IMG/VR virus record: IMGVR_UViG_3300035210_000102
Location: 1-28,353 of that record
Reading direction: 5' to 3' (one strand)
Source of the DNA: a virus
Lineage: Duplodnaviria; Heunggongvirae; Uroviricota; Caudoviricetes
DNA: 28,353 nt
Position 1 is the first letter of the stretch, and each line of letters begins with the position of its first letter. This document shows positions 16,083-24,179 of this stretch, one piece after another. Below the pieces are notes generated by a model that worked only from the letters and a program-made list of their open reading frames with translations, searched no databases and was not told the DNA's origin. The translations under genes were made by a program, and so were the position numbers.

Positions 16083-16576
16083 GCGTTTATCCCCTCGCCG
16101 AGCTTCTGCATCAACAGCGCGGCCTTCACCGCGCCCGCAATCGACTTGTACCGCCTGTAACTGCCGTCCGCGTAGCAGAGTATTTTCCAGCGTAGCGGCG
16201 TTTGGCTGATGCGCACTTCGAGCGTCCAGGGTAGCTTCTTCTCGAACCCGTCGATTTGTACCATCCAGGGGGCGCCGATTGAGCTATCGCCATGCTCATC
16301 CAGCCATGCCTGGATATCGCGACCATGATCTATATGCGCCTGGATGCGCACTCGCACGCCCGCGATAACCTCAACGCGTTGCGCGGCGACCACTTGCGCG
16401 TGGCGAACCCCGCGCTCCTGCTCTTCCTTGAGCTTGCACTGCTTCGAGTAGGCCGCTTTCATGGCGTACTGAAGCTCTGTGAGTTCGCCTTCAGTGACTT
16501 GCTTCCCCTCGATTGTCGCGGAAATCTTGCCGTCCGCGTCCAGCCCGATCGCATATTCCAGCGGTGTGTAAGGCAT
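16079..16576 (-). CDS. Hypothetical protein (165 aa)
   Basis: AGGGGAG Shine-Dalgarno; coupled to the next gene. Confidence 0.7.
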   Translation of the reverse strand: MPYTPLEYAIGLDADGKISATIEGKQVTEGELTELQYAMKAAYSKQCKLKEEQERGVRHAQVVAAQRVEVIAGVRVRIQAHIDHGRDIQAWLDEHGDSSIGAPWMVQIDGFEKKLPWTLEVRISQTPLRWKILCYADGSYRRYKSIAGAVKAALLMQKLGEGINA

Positions 16577-16597
16577 GCCGAAGTCTCCCCTGAATGT

Positions 16598-16620
16598 AAA
16601 AAGAGGCGCAAACGCGCCTC
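16598..16620 (-). terminator. Intrinsic terminator (diverged copy of the GGCGC hairpin)
   Basis: Minus strand GAGGCGC-gttt-GCGCCTC-TTTTT, overlapping the stop of the upstream gene. Confidence 0.7.
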
Positions 16621-17278
16621 ACAATTCGCTCATCAATTCGCGCGCGACAGTTTCGTGATAGCCTTCGCAATCGCTCTCAATCCCCCACAGTGCAGCATGC
16701 CGCAGTATGCCAAATGGAGCGGCGTCCGCGACGTGCCGCCGGTCGCGCGGCTCACCATCGCGAGGCAGTTCAAAGAGGCATATCCCGACATAATACCACT
16801 GCCCATCGCACCACTTGCGGAGACGATGATAATCAGCCCATACAGCCCGCGCTGCACGCTGGCGTCGTGTCTCGCCTGGAACGTCATAAGGTTCAGCGTT
16901 CCAGCCATCGCGCAATGCGATCTTGCAAGCGCCTTCGAAGTCGTAATACCGCTTGCTGCTGCGATCTTCACACAGCACGAGTTCTCCCGGCCTTTTGTCG
17001 CGTCGCGTCCACTCCGATACTGGCCTGTGGCCGTCCTCGTTCTCCCACGGCGCTTCATTGTTATCGTCTTGCACGATGGCAATGACAGCCGTGCGCTTTT
17101 CGCCCCACTTGTCACGCCAGCGCAGCACATCGCCATGCCCTAGCGGCGAAGGCTTGCGAGGGGGCGGACATTTGCGCCCGCGTTCAATGTTGACCTTCGC
17201 GTAAGCCATCGCGTAGTAGGGTCTTGCACCACGCGCGCGTTCTGCCTTGTATGCCTCGTAAAGCCCCTGCGTAGCCAT
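16619..17278 (-). CDS. Conserved phage hypothetical protein (219 aa)
   Basis: APWENEDGH, RDGWNAEPY, DYHRLRKWCDGQWYYVG; AGGGGAG Shine-Dalgarno. Confidence 0.75.
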   Translation of the reverse strand: MATQGLYEAYKAERARGARPYYAMAYAKVNIERGRKCPPPRKPSPLGHGDVLRWRDKWGEKRTAVIAIVQDDNNEAPWENEDGHRPVSEWTRRDKRPGELVLCEDRSSKRYYDFEGACKIALRDGWNAEPYDVPGETRRQRAARAVWADYHRLRKWCDGQWYYVGICLFELPRDGEPRDRRHVADAAPFGILRHAALWGIESDCEGYHETVARELMSEL

Positions 17279-17298
17279 GCTGCAATCTCCCCTTGCCC

Positions 17299-17324
17299 AA
17301 AGAAAAAGGCGCCCGAAAGCGCCT
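17299..17324 (-). terminator. Repeated terminator-like hairpin, copy 3
   Basis: Minus strand AGGCGCTTTCGGGCGCCTTTTTCTTT. Confidence 0.75.
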
Positions 17325-17334
17325 GTGTGTGCCG

Positions 17335-17544
17335 CTAGTCGTCCGCGTCGCGGCGTTTCTTCTCAATGCGCCAAGTGTAATCGGGATAGCGCGACTCTTG
17401 CAGTGCTTCCCGATCTAATTGGTTGCGAAAGAAGCGCACTACGCCGTAGCGCATGTTGCGGTTGCCCGGCGTCCTGTGTGCGTTCTCGAAAGCAGCGCGT
17501 TTCCGCGCACCCTCGCTCGTTTTGAATACCTGCGCCAAGATCAT
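17335..17544 (-). CDS. Basic hypothetical protein (69 aa)
   Basis: AGGGGAG Shine-Dalgarno. Confidence 0.65.
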   Translation of the reverse strand: MILAQVFKTSEGARKRAAFENAHRTPGNRNMRYGVVRFFRNQLDREALQESRYPDYTWRIEKKRRDADD

Positions 17545-17563
17545 GCTACAGTTCTCCCCTCGA

Positions 17564-17941
17564 TTACCGCCGCATCATGTCGGCGCGGCCTATAGTTTCA
17601 GGATCGGCGTCTGATAGTTCATTCGCCAACGCCTCCGCGCCAAGGCAGATTGCGTCTATTGTGGCATTGGCGACTGAGTTGCTCGGGTTGTCGTAACCGT
17701 TGCGCCAGATGATCAGAACCCAGCCGTAGCCGCGTCCTGATGCGTTGTAAAAGCGGAACGTGTCGGCGCTTGTGGTGCGCAACACTGCCTCGATTGCCTT
17801 CGCATCGCGCGACTTGACTATTACAATGTCACCTTCGCCGGGCTCGTCGTCCTCGACGCTGATGCTAAACCCTTGTGCAATCGCGTCCGCGATGAGCTTG
17901 CGGGCGATTTGCAGCGCATAGTCTTCTGGTTCTGTGGTCAT
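17564..17941 (-). CDS. Hypothetical protein (125 aa)
   Basis: GGAGG Shine-Dalgarno. Confidence 0.7.
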   Translation of the reverse strand: MTTEPEDYALQIARKLIADAIAQGFSISVEDDEPGEGDIVIVKSRDAKAIEAVLRTTSADTFRFYNASGRGYGWVLIIWRNGYDNPSNSVANATIDAICLGAEALANELSDADPETIGRADMMRR

Positions 17942-17953
17942 TGCCGCGCCTCC

Positions 17954-18301
17954 CTATGAGTGTGTGTAGCCGTCCGGTTCAATCCCGAGCCAAATGCGCC
18001 CGCGCTGGATCATGACGCAACCGGGTCCGGGCTGTACGCTGGCGCGGCAAGCTTCCAGGCTGGACCATTGCGGCCCGCGCTCGCAATCTTCAGCCGATGC
18101 AAGTTCGCGATTATAGAGGCGTACAAGCGCGCGCTCCTGATCGGGCGTCAACGCTATGCCGGGACGGTCGAAATGTTCACAGTAGCCGTCGCGGCTCGTG
18201 TTCGTCTTCAGCCGCCTGCAAAACGGAACCGGGCTTTCTGAAGGGTCATACTCAAACTGTGAGCAATCGCGGCAAATTGGCGTGGCTATGGTCATGGTCA
18301 T
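17954..18301 (-). CDS. Hypothetical protein with an N-terminal Cys motif and a ...GIEPDGYTHS C-terminus
   Basis: Start reassigned to MTMTIAT (AAGGAG Shine-Dalgarno); CRDC...FCRR...YCEHF. Confidence 0.65.
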   Translation of the reverse strand: MTMTIATPICRDCSQFEYDPSESPVPFCRRLKTNTSRDGYCEHFDRPGIALTPDQERALVRLYNRELASAEDCERGPQWSSLEACRASVQPGPGCVMIQRGRIWLGIEPDGYTHS

Positions 18302-18417
18302 GTTCTCCTTTGTTCTAGTGCACCTGGCGCGGGAAATGTAGAACGCTGTCATCCGCGCCTTGGGGAGGAGTCGCGGGACACTGACAGCGTTCAAGAGTGA
18401 GGGCCAACTCGATTAGG

Positions 18418-18600
18418 CTAGTGGAGCTTCACCACTTCGGGCTTGTAGGTGGTGAAGGCGAACGGGATACTCTCAAAGCGGCGTACTGCGGCAAGAACGG
18501 CTTCGAGGCTTGGATAGTCGAACGGTCGCTTGCGGCTATCGCAACAAACGCCGAGATACTCTCCAGTTTCGCGGTCGTATCGAGCGACGCGGTACATCAT
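18418..18600 (-). CDS. Hypothetical protein (60 aa)
   Basis: ATGA overlap with the upstream stop. Confidence 0.6.
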   Translation of the reverse strand: MMYRVARYDRETGEYLGVCCDSRKRPFDYPSLEAVLAAVRRFESIPFAFTTYKPEVVKLH

Positions 18601-19073
18601 GCCGCCACCTTTAGGCTTTCGGCTCTCGCCGTGTCGAGTGCATCAGCAACGAACGGCACGCCGTGTACTGAGCCAAGGTTATCAACGCGGCAAAGGCTTG
18701 CCAGTTGAGCCACAATGGCGCGTACAGCCAAGTCTTCACTAGGCTGTACATTCTCCACCCTGGCTGCATCAGCCGCCTTCACAAGCGCCCTAGCAATGCC
18801 TGCGATATTGCAAGCGCCGCCATGCCAGATGTTATGCGCATCAGCAAAGCGATTGTACGGGAACGGGTTTTTGTGATGCTGCACCGGCACGTCGTCAACT
18901 AAGCCGATCTCAGCAACAGAGGCAGGCGTTTGCGCGGTTGTACAAGCGTTCATATGCGACTTCTGCGAGAATGCTTCGGCCGCCGCCCGCTCGCGTGACT
19001 CGTGAGGATGCGAGACAAAGATGCACATATTTGACGCATCGAACATGCGTGCAATGTATACTGGTTTAGTCAT
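18597..19073 (-). CDS. Hypothetical protein (158 aa)
   Basis: Start reassigned to MTKPVY; AGGAAGG Shine-Dalgarno. Confidence 0.7.
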   Translation of the reverse strand: MTKPVYIARMFDASNMCIFVSHPHESRERAAAEAFSQKSHMNACTTAQTPASVAEIGLVDDVPVQHHKNPFPYNRFADAHNIWHGGACNIAGIARALVKAADAARVENVQPSEDLAVRAIVAQLASLCRVDNLGSVHGVPFVADALDTARAESLKVAA

Positions 19074-19141
19074 GTTTTCGGCCTTCCTGGACAAACGTTA
19101 GGGATATCAATGGGTTAGCCCTCACACTTGAATGCTGTATC

Positions 19142-19187
19142 TGTCATAACCGATTGACTAGGATCATAGTGTCAATCTAGGTTGACA
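19142..19187. promoter_or_regulatory. Two tandem dyad sites TGTCA-N8-TGACW
   Basis: TGTCA-taaccgat-TGACT (19142-19159) and TGTCA-atctaggt-TGACA (19170-19187) in an intergenic gap. Confidence 0.6.
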
Positions 19188-19226
19188 GTCCGTCACGGTC
19201 CGGGGGTGAGGCACTGTAAAAGTGCC

Positions 19227-19433
19227 TCATATTTCAACGGGTACTCGATACCGACTAAGCCATTGCGGGCCATGCGAATTGCGTAGCCCGTACAGCGTTG
19301 TCTCAAGCTTATTCGAGGGAAGCGCGCGCTTCCAAATGTTGCGAAGCGCCGTCTTCCACATGCGGGAGCCTTCGTAGTTCACAAGTTGAAGGATCGCCTT
19401 CTCCTGCTCTGAAGTGAGTGGGGCGTATTTCAT
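19227..19433 (-). CDS. Hypothetical protein (68 aa)
   Basis: ATGA overlap; LRNSHGPQWL motif. Confidence 0.65.
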   Translation of the reverse strand: MKYAPLTSEQEKAILQLVNYEGSRMWKTALRNIWKRALPSNKLETTLYGLRNSHGPQWLSRYRVPVEI

Positions 19434-19762
19434 GAATGCGTCTCCCGTAACTTCTCTTCCAGATGCTTGTTCCGCGACTTCAGGTAGGTGACTAAATCCG
19501 CCGTCGCGTCGTCGATCAGGATCGGATCGATTTCGACCGGCAGATAGCCAGCGTCAAATCCAGCGGCGGCAAGATGGCCGCCCGCAAAGCCGTTGGCGTA
19601 GATGCGGCATTCGCGGATGGATTTGCACGTCGTTTCCTGGCCACGATTGCCTGCGGCGTAGGATGCACTGCTCTCTTCAAAGATCGGGACAACGGCCAAT
19701 TTGTACTCAGTGCTAGGCCGCTCAGCGATTGTGATCAGTAGCTTGATGATTTTTCGTGCCAT
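19430..19762 (-). CDS. Hypothetical protein (110 aa)
   Basis: AGGAGG Shine-Dalgarno. Confidence 0.7.
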   Translation of the reverse strand: MARKIIKLLITIAERPSTEYKLAVVPIFEESSASYAAGNRGQETTCKSIRECRIYANGFAGGHLAAAGFDAGYLPVEIDPILIDDATADLVTYLKSRNKHLEEKLRETHS

Positions 19763-19774
19763 GATGTAGGCCTC

Positions 19775-19945
19775 CTAGCTCATGTATCTGCGAAAGAATG
19801 CGGCTTCTAGGCATGTGTAGATTGTCGGCTTGCCGCCGATGGCGACCGTAAGAAACGGTATGCCGCGTCTGTCGCGTTCGATATAGCGCCTGCGCAGCCA
19901 GTCCATGATCTTGAGATATCGGTCAATTCGGTCTGATTTGGCCAT
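19775..19945 (-). CDS. 56-aa basic protein (MAKSDRIDRYLKIMDWLRRRYIER...)
   Basis: Translated by hand; GAGGGG Shine-Dalgarno; stop abuts the Shine-Dalgarno of the next gene; not in the ORF track. Confidence 0.6.
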   Translation of the reverse strand: MAKSDRIDRYLKIMDWLRRRYIERDRRGIPFLTVAIGGKPTIYTCLEAAFFRRYMS

Positions 19946-19988
19946 TTTTCCCCTCGTGTGTGTGCCTCACGCCGAGACCGTGACGAAT

Positions 19989-20026
19989 ACCGCCGGTTAG
20001 GGCTGATTTGCATGCTAACCGGCGGT
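19989..20026. repeat. Perfect 12-bp inverted repeat
   Basis: ACCGCCGGTTAG-N14-CTAACCGGCGGT. Confidence 0.7.
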
Positions 20027-20170
20027 TGTGTCGCAACCGTCTAGGTTGCAACCTTAGGGTGTTAGTGGCTATCGCCTCGTCCAGAGCCCGTGAACTAAGT
20101 AACTACGCGATTTGCGTAGTGACCGTCAACAAGTTTCAACGCGGTTTAAACATTTGGCTGTTTTGTTGCA

Positions 20171-20743
20171 TTATTGCCACATTCTTGCTGCTAAACCGCG
20201 CTCCTCCTCGCCCATCGCCTGCGTATAGATCGCCGTTGTCTTGATGTCGGCATGACCAAGCCATCGCTGGATCAGTGTGAGTGGGACGCCGCTGCATGCC
20301 GCAGTCACTCCAAACGTGTGTCGCAAGCTTTTTGGCGTTTGGTTCTTAATGCCTGCCTCGGCCATTGCCTTCATGATCCAGCGATTTGCGGTGCGCAGTT
20401 CTACATCCCACAGTCGTTCGGTCGGTCGGCCGCGTCCGCCTAGATCGAAGACAAGCGTCAGCATGGTCAGCAGTTCGGGCGGAACTGGAATTGATCGGTG
20501 ATGCACCTTATCGCGCTTCTTTAGAGTGCGGATCACGATCGCCTCAGCCTTGCGATCGATGTCTTGCCGCCGCAAATTGAGGACCTCAGCGCGTCGGCCG
20601 CCCGTCCTCGCTAAGGTCTGGCAATACGCATTCTCTCGTGGAGCTGAGTGTGCAGCGGCACGGAGAAATTCATTCAGCTCGACCGTAGTGAGGTATTTTC
20701 GCGCGCCATTTGTGTCGTAAAGGCTCATTTCGCTATTGGTCAT
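20171..20743 (-). CDS. Minimal tyrosine recombinase (catalytic domain only, XerC/D- or resolvase-like)
   Basis: TGGRRAEV (R), RTLK (K), SLRH, LGHADI (H), TAIYT (Y); 190 aa with no N-terminal arm-binding domain. Confidence 0.9.
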   Translation of the reverse strand: MTNSEMSLYDTNGARKYLTTVELNEFLRAAAHSAPRENAYCQTLARTGGRRAEVLNLRRQDIDRKAEAIVIRTLKKRDKVHHRSIPVPPELLTMLTLVFDLGGRGRPTERLWDVELRTANRWIMKAMAEAGIKNQTPKSLRHTFGVTAACSGVPLTLIQRWLGHADIKTTAIYTQAMGEEERGLAARMWQ

Positions 20744-21228
20744 GGGTCAATGTCTCCTTTCTCTTAGGAGAAGTAGGACATTCCGAGGCGCAAGGCAAGG
20801 CTCAAGGTGGGCAATTTGCTGGCTATATGAGGCAGTTCTGGCGCGCCAAATGTCCTAGTATTACCAATACTGTGACATTTCGTCTTTACGTTGCGATGCG
20901 ATGCGCCGACACGCTCCGCGAGAGTAGCAGCGAGGTACACGTCAGCCGGGCATGGCGATCGGTGCGCACGTTGCACGTGCATTTGATCTCTCGGCCGCTT
21001 CGGTTCAGTTTGGGCTGGGAAGGATGGCCGAGGTGGTGGCATCCGCTCACGATACGCTCGCTCCTCCGCTTTGCGCGCACCGCCCGCGCGACCCCCGGTG
21101 CCCCCCCTGGCCCTCCGGCAGTCATATACCGGGGGTCGAATTTCACCCGGACCAAAAAAATCGAAAAAACGGCGTTAACCTTTTGCCTGTACGCTCCCTG
21201 CGTAGTCAATCTGTAAGGCGCTCGAATT

Positions 21229-21606
21229 ATGAAAAAACCTCCGCTGCGACTCCCCTATCTCTCTGCCCGCCGCTCCTACCAACGCAATGCCAAGGGGCCC
21301 AGCTGTGTGACGGCCTTCAAAAAAACTCGAGAATTCCAAGTCGCTCAGAAATTCGGCATTCCGGCGCCTTTCCCTCGCCTAGAGGTCGCGACCCTTTGGA
21401 TTAAGCGGCAAGTCGCTATTCGCGATTGGAACCGCGCCCGCTATTATCTCGACAGGGCGAAAGCGCAGAAAACCATTGCCCGGTGGGAAAAATCGGCAAC
21501 CGCAGCACGCGCAGTGCTCGAGCAATGCCCCGTACCGCCGCCTTATGTCAGATGGGATCACGTGCACGCCTTCCTGGAAGGCAGCCCGATGATGACGTCA
21601 TATTGA
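21229..21606 (+). CDS. Possible hypothetical protein (125 aa)
   Basis: ATG-initiated ORF without a clear Shine-Dalgarno or motif. Confidence 0.35.
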   Translation: MKKPPLRLPYLSARRSYQRNAKGPSCVTAFKKTREFQVAQKFGIPAPFPRLEVATLWIKRQVAIRDWNRARYYLDRAKAQKTIARWEKSATAARAVLEQCPVPPPYVRWDHVHAFLEGSPMMTSY

Positions 21607-21717
21607 CAGGGCCGATTGCCGGGCTGGACCCGTCCGCACAGCTCCTCTTCAATGTGAAGCCCCGGCAATCCCGCACACCCTAGACCGTTTGAATAAAATC
21701 GACTACGCAATTGTACT

Positions 21718-21939
21718 GGGGGCGTCAGCCTGGGAAGGAATAGGCGCCGGTGAGTGGAGCCGGTCGACGAAAGTCATACCGTAACGCAAGTCTGGGTTGG
21801 AAACTCGCGGATGCAGGGAACCGGGCAGAGAGGCCCCTAGTACTGATGCGCACTCATACCACCCCGGAGCAGCAGAATTGTCGCAAGGCTTGGCTGCTGT
21901 GCGCGGTTTACGCGGGTTCAAATCCCGTCGCCCCCACCA
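21718..21939 (+). ncRNA. 222-nt tRNA-framed RNA with a large structured insertion at the variable arm
   Basis: GGGGGCG (21718-24) pairs 7/7 with CGCCCCC (21929-35), followed by A-CCA; D-like stem GCCT/AGGC; CCGGT/GCCGG arm; T-arm GCGGG-TTCAAAT-CCCGT. Confidence 0.7.
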
Positions 21940-22002
21940 AATTCGACCCCTTCACTGAAAACCCCTTCGCCCGCACCTTCGCGGGCTCCGCATCCATACT
22001 AA

Positions 22003-22599
22003 TCAACCCTTCGCGCCCTGGCGCTCCGCTTTTCTCTGTCTTGCCAGCTCGCACCGCGCCTGAATGGCGGCCGATCGGGCACAACAGCTATCTTCGGTGG
22101 CTCCATGTGTCGGCTTATCGGACCCTCGGAAAATAACCGGCAAATTCGCGCTTTTCCCAACGCTCCGCACAGCTTTCGCCGCAACCCGAGCCGCCCGGCC
22201 GAGCCGCGGCAGCCGATGCGCTTCTTGTGCTGGCATGTGAATGCTGAACAGGTTTGTGCCCTGAACGCGCCGGCCGCGCACCCTGTGTTGCCGCTCGACC
22301 CACTTGAGCGCGCCGACATGCTTCAGGCGGCGCAACGCTTCGCCGACTGTCGAGCGCGCGATGTTCACTGTGTTGGCGATATGCCGATATGACGGGAACG
22401 CCGCCCGCCCCTTTGCCTGAAACGAATAAGCGAGATACCGCCAGACCTTCAAGCCGTTATCTCCGATCAGCCCCATACGACAGCCGAATCGTTTACTCCA
22501 ATTGTCGATCACTTGCAGGCGGCGCAAGATCGCGTTGATTTCGCCTATGCCGATCTTTTGCGGCGCAAGTTTGCGCGCCGCGGGATGCCTGATCCTCAC
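22003..22599 (-). CDS. Winged-HTH protein resembling small-plasmid Rep/HTH_36 proteins
   Basis: GLKVWRYL...AFPSYRHIANTVNIARSTVGEALRRLKHVGALKW...QGTNLF. Confidence 0.7.
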   Translation of the reverse strand: MRIRHPAARKLAPQKIGIGEINAILRRLQVIDNWSKRFGCRMGLIGDNGLKVWRYLAYSFQAKGRAAFPSYRHIANTVNIARSTVGEALRRLKHVGALKWVERQHRVRGRRVQGTNLFSIHMPAQEAHRLPRLGRAARVAAKAVRSVGKSANLPVIFRGSDKPTHGATEDSCCARSAAIQARCELARQRKAERQGAKG

Positions 22600-22721
22600 G
22601 TTCTGTCTCTCCAGCCGAAAGGCTTCGGAGAAAAGACTTGCAATGTGAGGGGAAATCGGAGAGAAAGGGAGCTGCCAAGCTTTTCCTTTCTCGCTACGGT
22701 TCCTTCCCCTGTAGCTGCAAG

Positions 22722-22746
22722 CCCTGCTCTCCGAGCGGGGTTTTTT
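22722..22746 (+). terminator. Intrinsic terminator, antisense to the Rep-like gene's upstream region
   Basis: CCCTGCTC-tcc-GAGCGGGG-TTTTTT. Confidence 0.7.
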
Positions 22747-23214
22747 GCGTTACGCTTAGCGCGTACAAGACGGAACTGACAGATTCGCGCAAACTATGTG
22801 TTAACATGCCCGCGCAAATCATGGGTTAACGGCATTATGGAAAAAGCCGGCACCGTTGAGCAGCGCTGGCGCTGGCGTAGCTCAGGATATGACCGGGATT
22901 TCCTACCCATCATCTCTATCCTTCTACGACCATGGAACATAGTGCCTATAAAAAGCTATTAGTTCCGATGCCCATAGGAATCTTTCTTGTTTCTTTATAT
23001 CTTCTTCTTTTTCTTTCATTTATTGATTTCCACTTTCAGCGGGAGGAGGAGCATCTTGATACTGTCCCTTTTCGTGAGTGAGCAGGTCGTTCGCGAGCTC
23101 GACGCTTAGCGGATTAACCCCCGCCTCACCATAATCGCAACTCGTTCTCGCTTTGTTCGCATGCTCGCGCTACGCTGTTTGCGTAATGATTTTGTAAGCG
23201 AGTAATGCGTTCCA

Positions 23215-23955
23215 ATGCCCATCAAAACGAATCAGTTAGTCGCCGTCGAAAAGGGCGTTAAGGCCCGCGCTCACGGCACGATTAGCGATCTCCTTCACAC
23301 GCTGAAGAAGGTCGAGTTTTTCCAGGGGTTCCAACGGACCTATCGGCCGAAAGACGATGACGGCGACAACTTGCCCAGTGAGCGCAAGGTCGTGCAAGCC
23401 CGCGCGCTGGATATCCTGGCTGCGTTGCGCGTCAGCGAAAGCCAGCTGTACGACATCACGCTGCAGAAGGACACGGCGAACCAGAGCGCCAAGGCATCCG
23501 TGTTCCTCGACGGCAAGGAAGTTCTGAAGGACATCCCGGTCACCACGCTGCTCTTCTTCGAGAAGCGCCTCGAGCATCTCCGCACGTTCTTCCAGATGCT
23601 GCCAGTTCTCGACAACGCCGAGGAATGGGAATGGGACGACAAAGCCGGCCTCTATCGCACTCAGGCCGTGTCGACGCACCGCAATAAGAAGGTGATGAAG
23701 GTCCTGCAGCTCGTCCCCCCAACGGACAAGCACCCCGGACAGGCACAGCCATACCAGGAAGACGTGCTCGCCGGTTTCTGGGATACAGTGAAATTTTCGA
23801 CAGCAATTTCGCACACTTACAAGGTGCACATTCTCGAGCAGCTCGAGAAGTTCATCATTGCTGTCAAGCAAGCGCGCGAAGTCGCTAATGACGCACTCGT
23901 CCAAGAACGGACAGGCGTTGGCGACGCGCTATTCAATTACCTGCTGGCGGCTTAG
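23215..23955 (+). CDS. Conserved uncharacterised 246-aa protein, immediately followed by permuted tRNA-like modules
   Basis: KTNQLVAVEKGVK, FQRTYRPKDDDGDNLPSE, PVTTLLFFEK, LPVLD, PTDKHP; I recall near-identical motifs in an orphan family widespread in actinobacteria and other bacteria (DUF7873 by memory, unverified). Confidence 0.85.
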   Translation: MPIKTNQLVAVEKGVKARAHGTISDLLHTLKKVEFFQGFQRTYRPKDDDGDNLPSERKVVQARALDILAALRVSESQLYDITLQKDTANQSAKASVFLDGKEVLKDIPVTTLLFFEKRLEHLRTFFQMLPVLDNAEEWEWDDKAGLYRTQAVSTHRNKKVMKVLQLVPPTDKHPGQAQPYQEDVLAGFWDTVKFSTAISHTYKVHILEQLEKFIIAVKQAREVANDALVQERTGVGDALFNYLLAA

Positions 23956-24011
23956 CCCGCAGGTCCACGAGATCAATCTGGTCCTAAAGCTGATTGAAAC
24001 GCGAAGCGACT

Positions 24012-24085
24012 ATAGGTTCGACTCCTGTCGTCCCCACCATCTGAGGGGATGTAGCCAAACGGTAAAGGCGCCGGTGACAAGCCGG
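24012..24085 (+). ncRNA. Circularly permuted tRNA-like module 1
   Basis: T-arm ATAGG-TTCGACT-CCTGT, CGTCCCC-A-CCA (ends 24039), 5-nt linker, GGGGATG (24045-51) pairing 7/7 with that strand, D-arm GCC-AAACGGTAAA-GGC, CCGGT-GACAA-GCCGG. Confidence 0.8.
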
Positions 24086-24179
24086 AACCGCTCGCGTAAG
24101 TCAAATTAAAGCTTGAAAAACCAAATTGAGCATTGCCGTGCCCGTCCAATCGAGGTGTGTCGCGGAATATCCGGTAGTC

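Noticed and set aside
12453-17324. Repeats considered as a CRISPR array or integron attC sites
   Set aside because: They are separated by whole genes at irregular distances, no cas gene or integron-type integrase is present, and hairpin plus U-tract fits terminators
20710-21404. Overlapping ORFs at 20710, 20764, 20886 and 20952
   Set aside because: No Shine-Dalgarno, motifs or coupling; mutually overlapping in different frames, so treated as non-coding
21912-21939. tRNA 3' half as a simple attP core
   Set aside because: Not excluded, but disfavoured: a matching 5' acceptor strand, D-arm and anticodon-like arm lie 200 nt upstream, and the nearby recombinase lacks the arm-binding domain of tRNA-targeting integrases
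22705-22716. TCCCCTGTAGCT resembling a tRNA 5' end
   Set aside because: No D-arm, T-arm or complementary acceptor strand follows; it runs into a terminator
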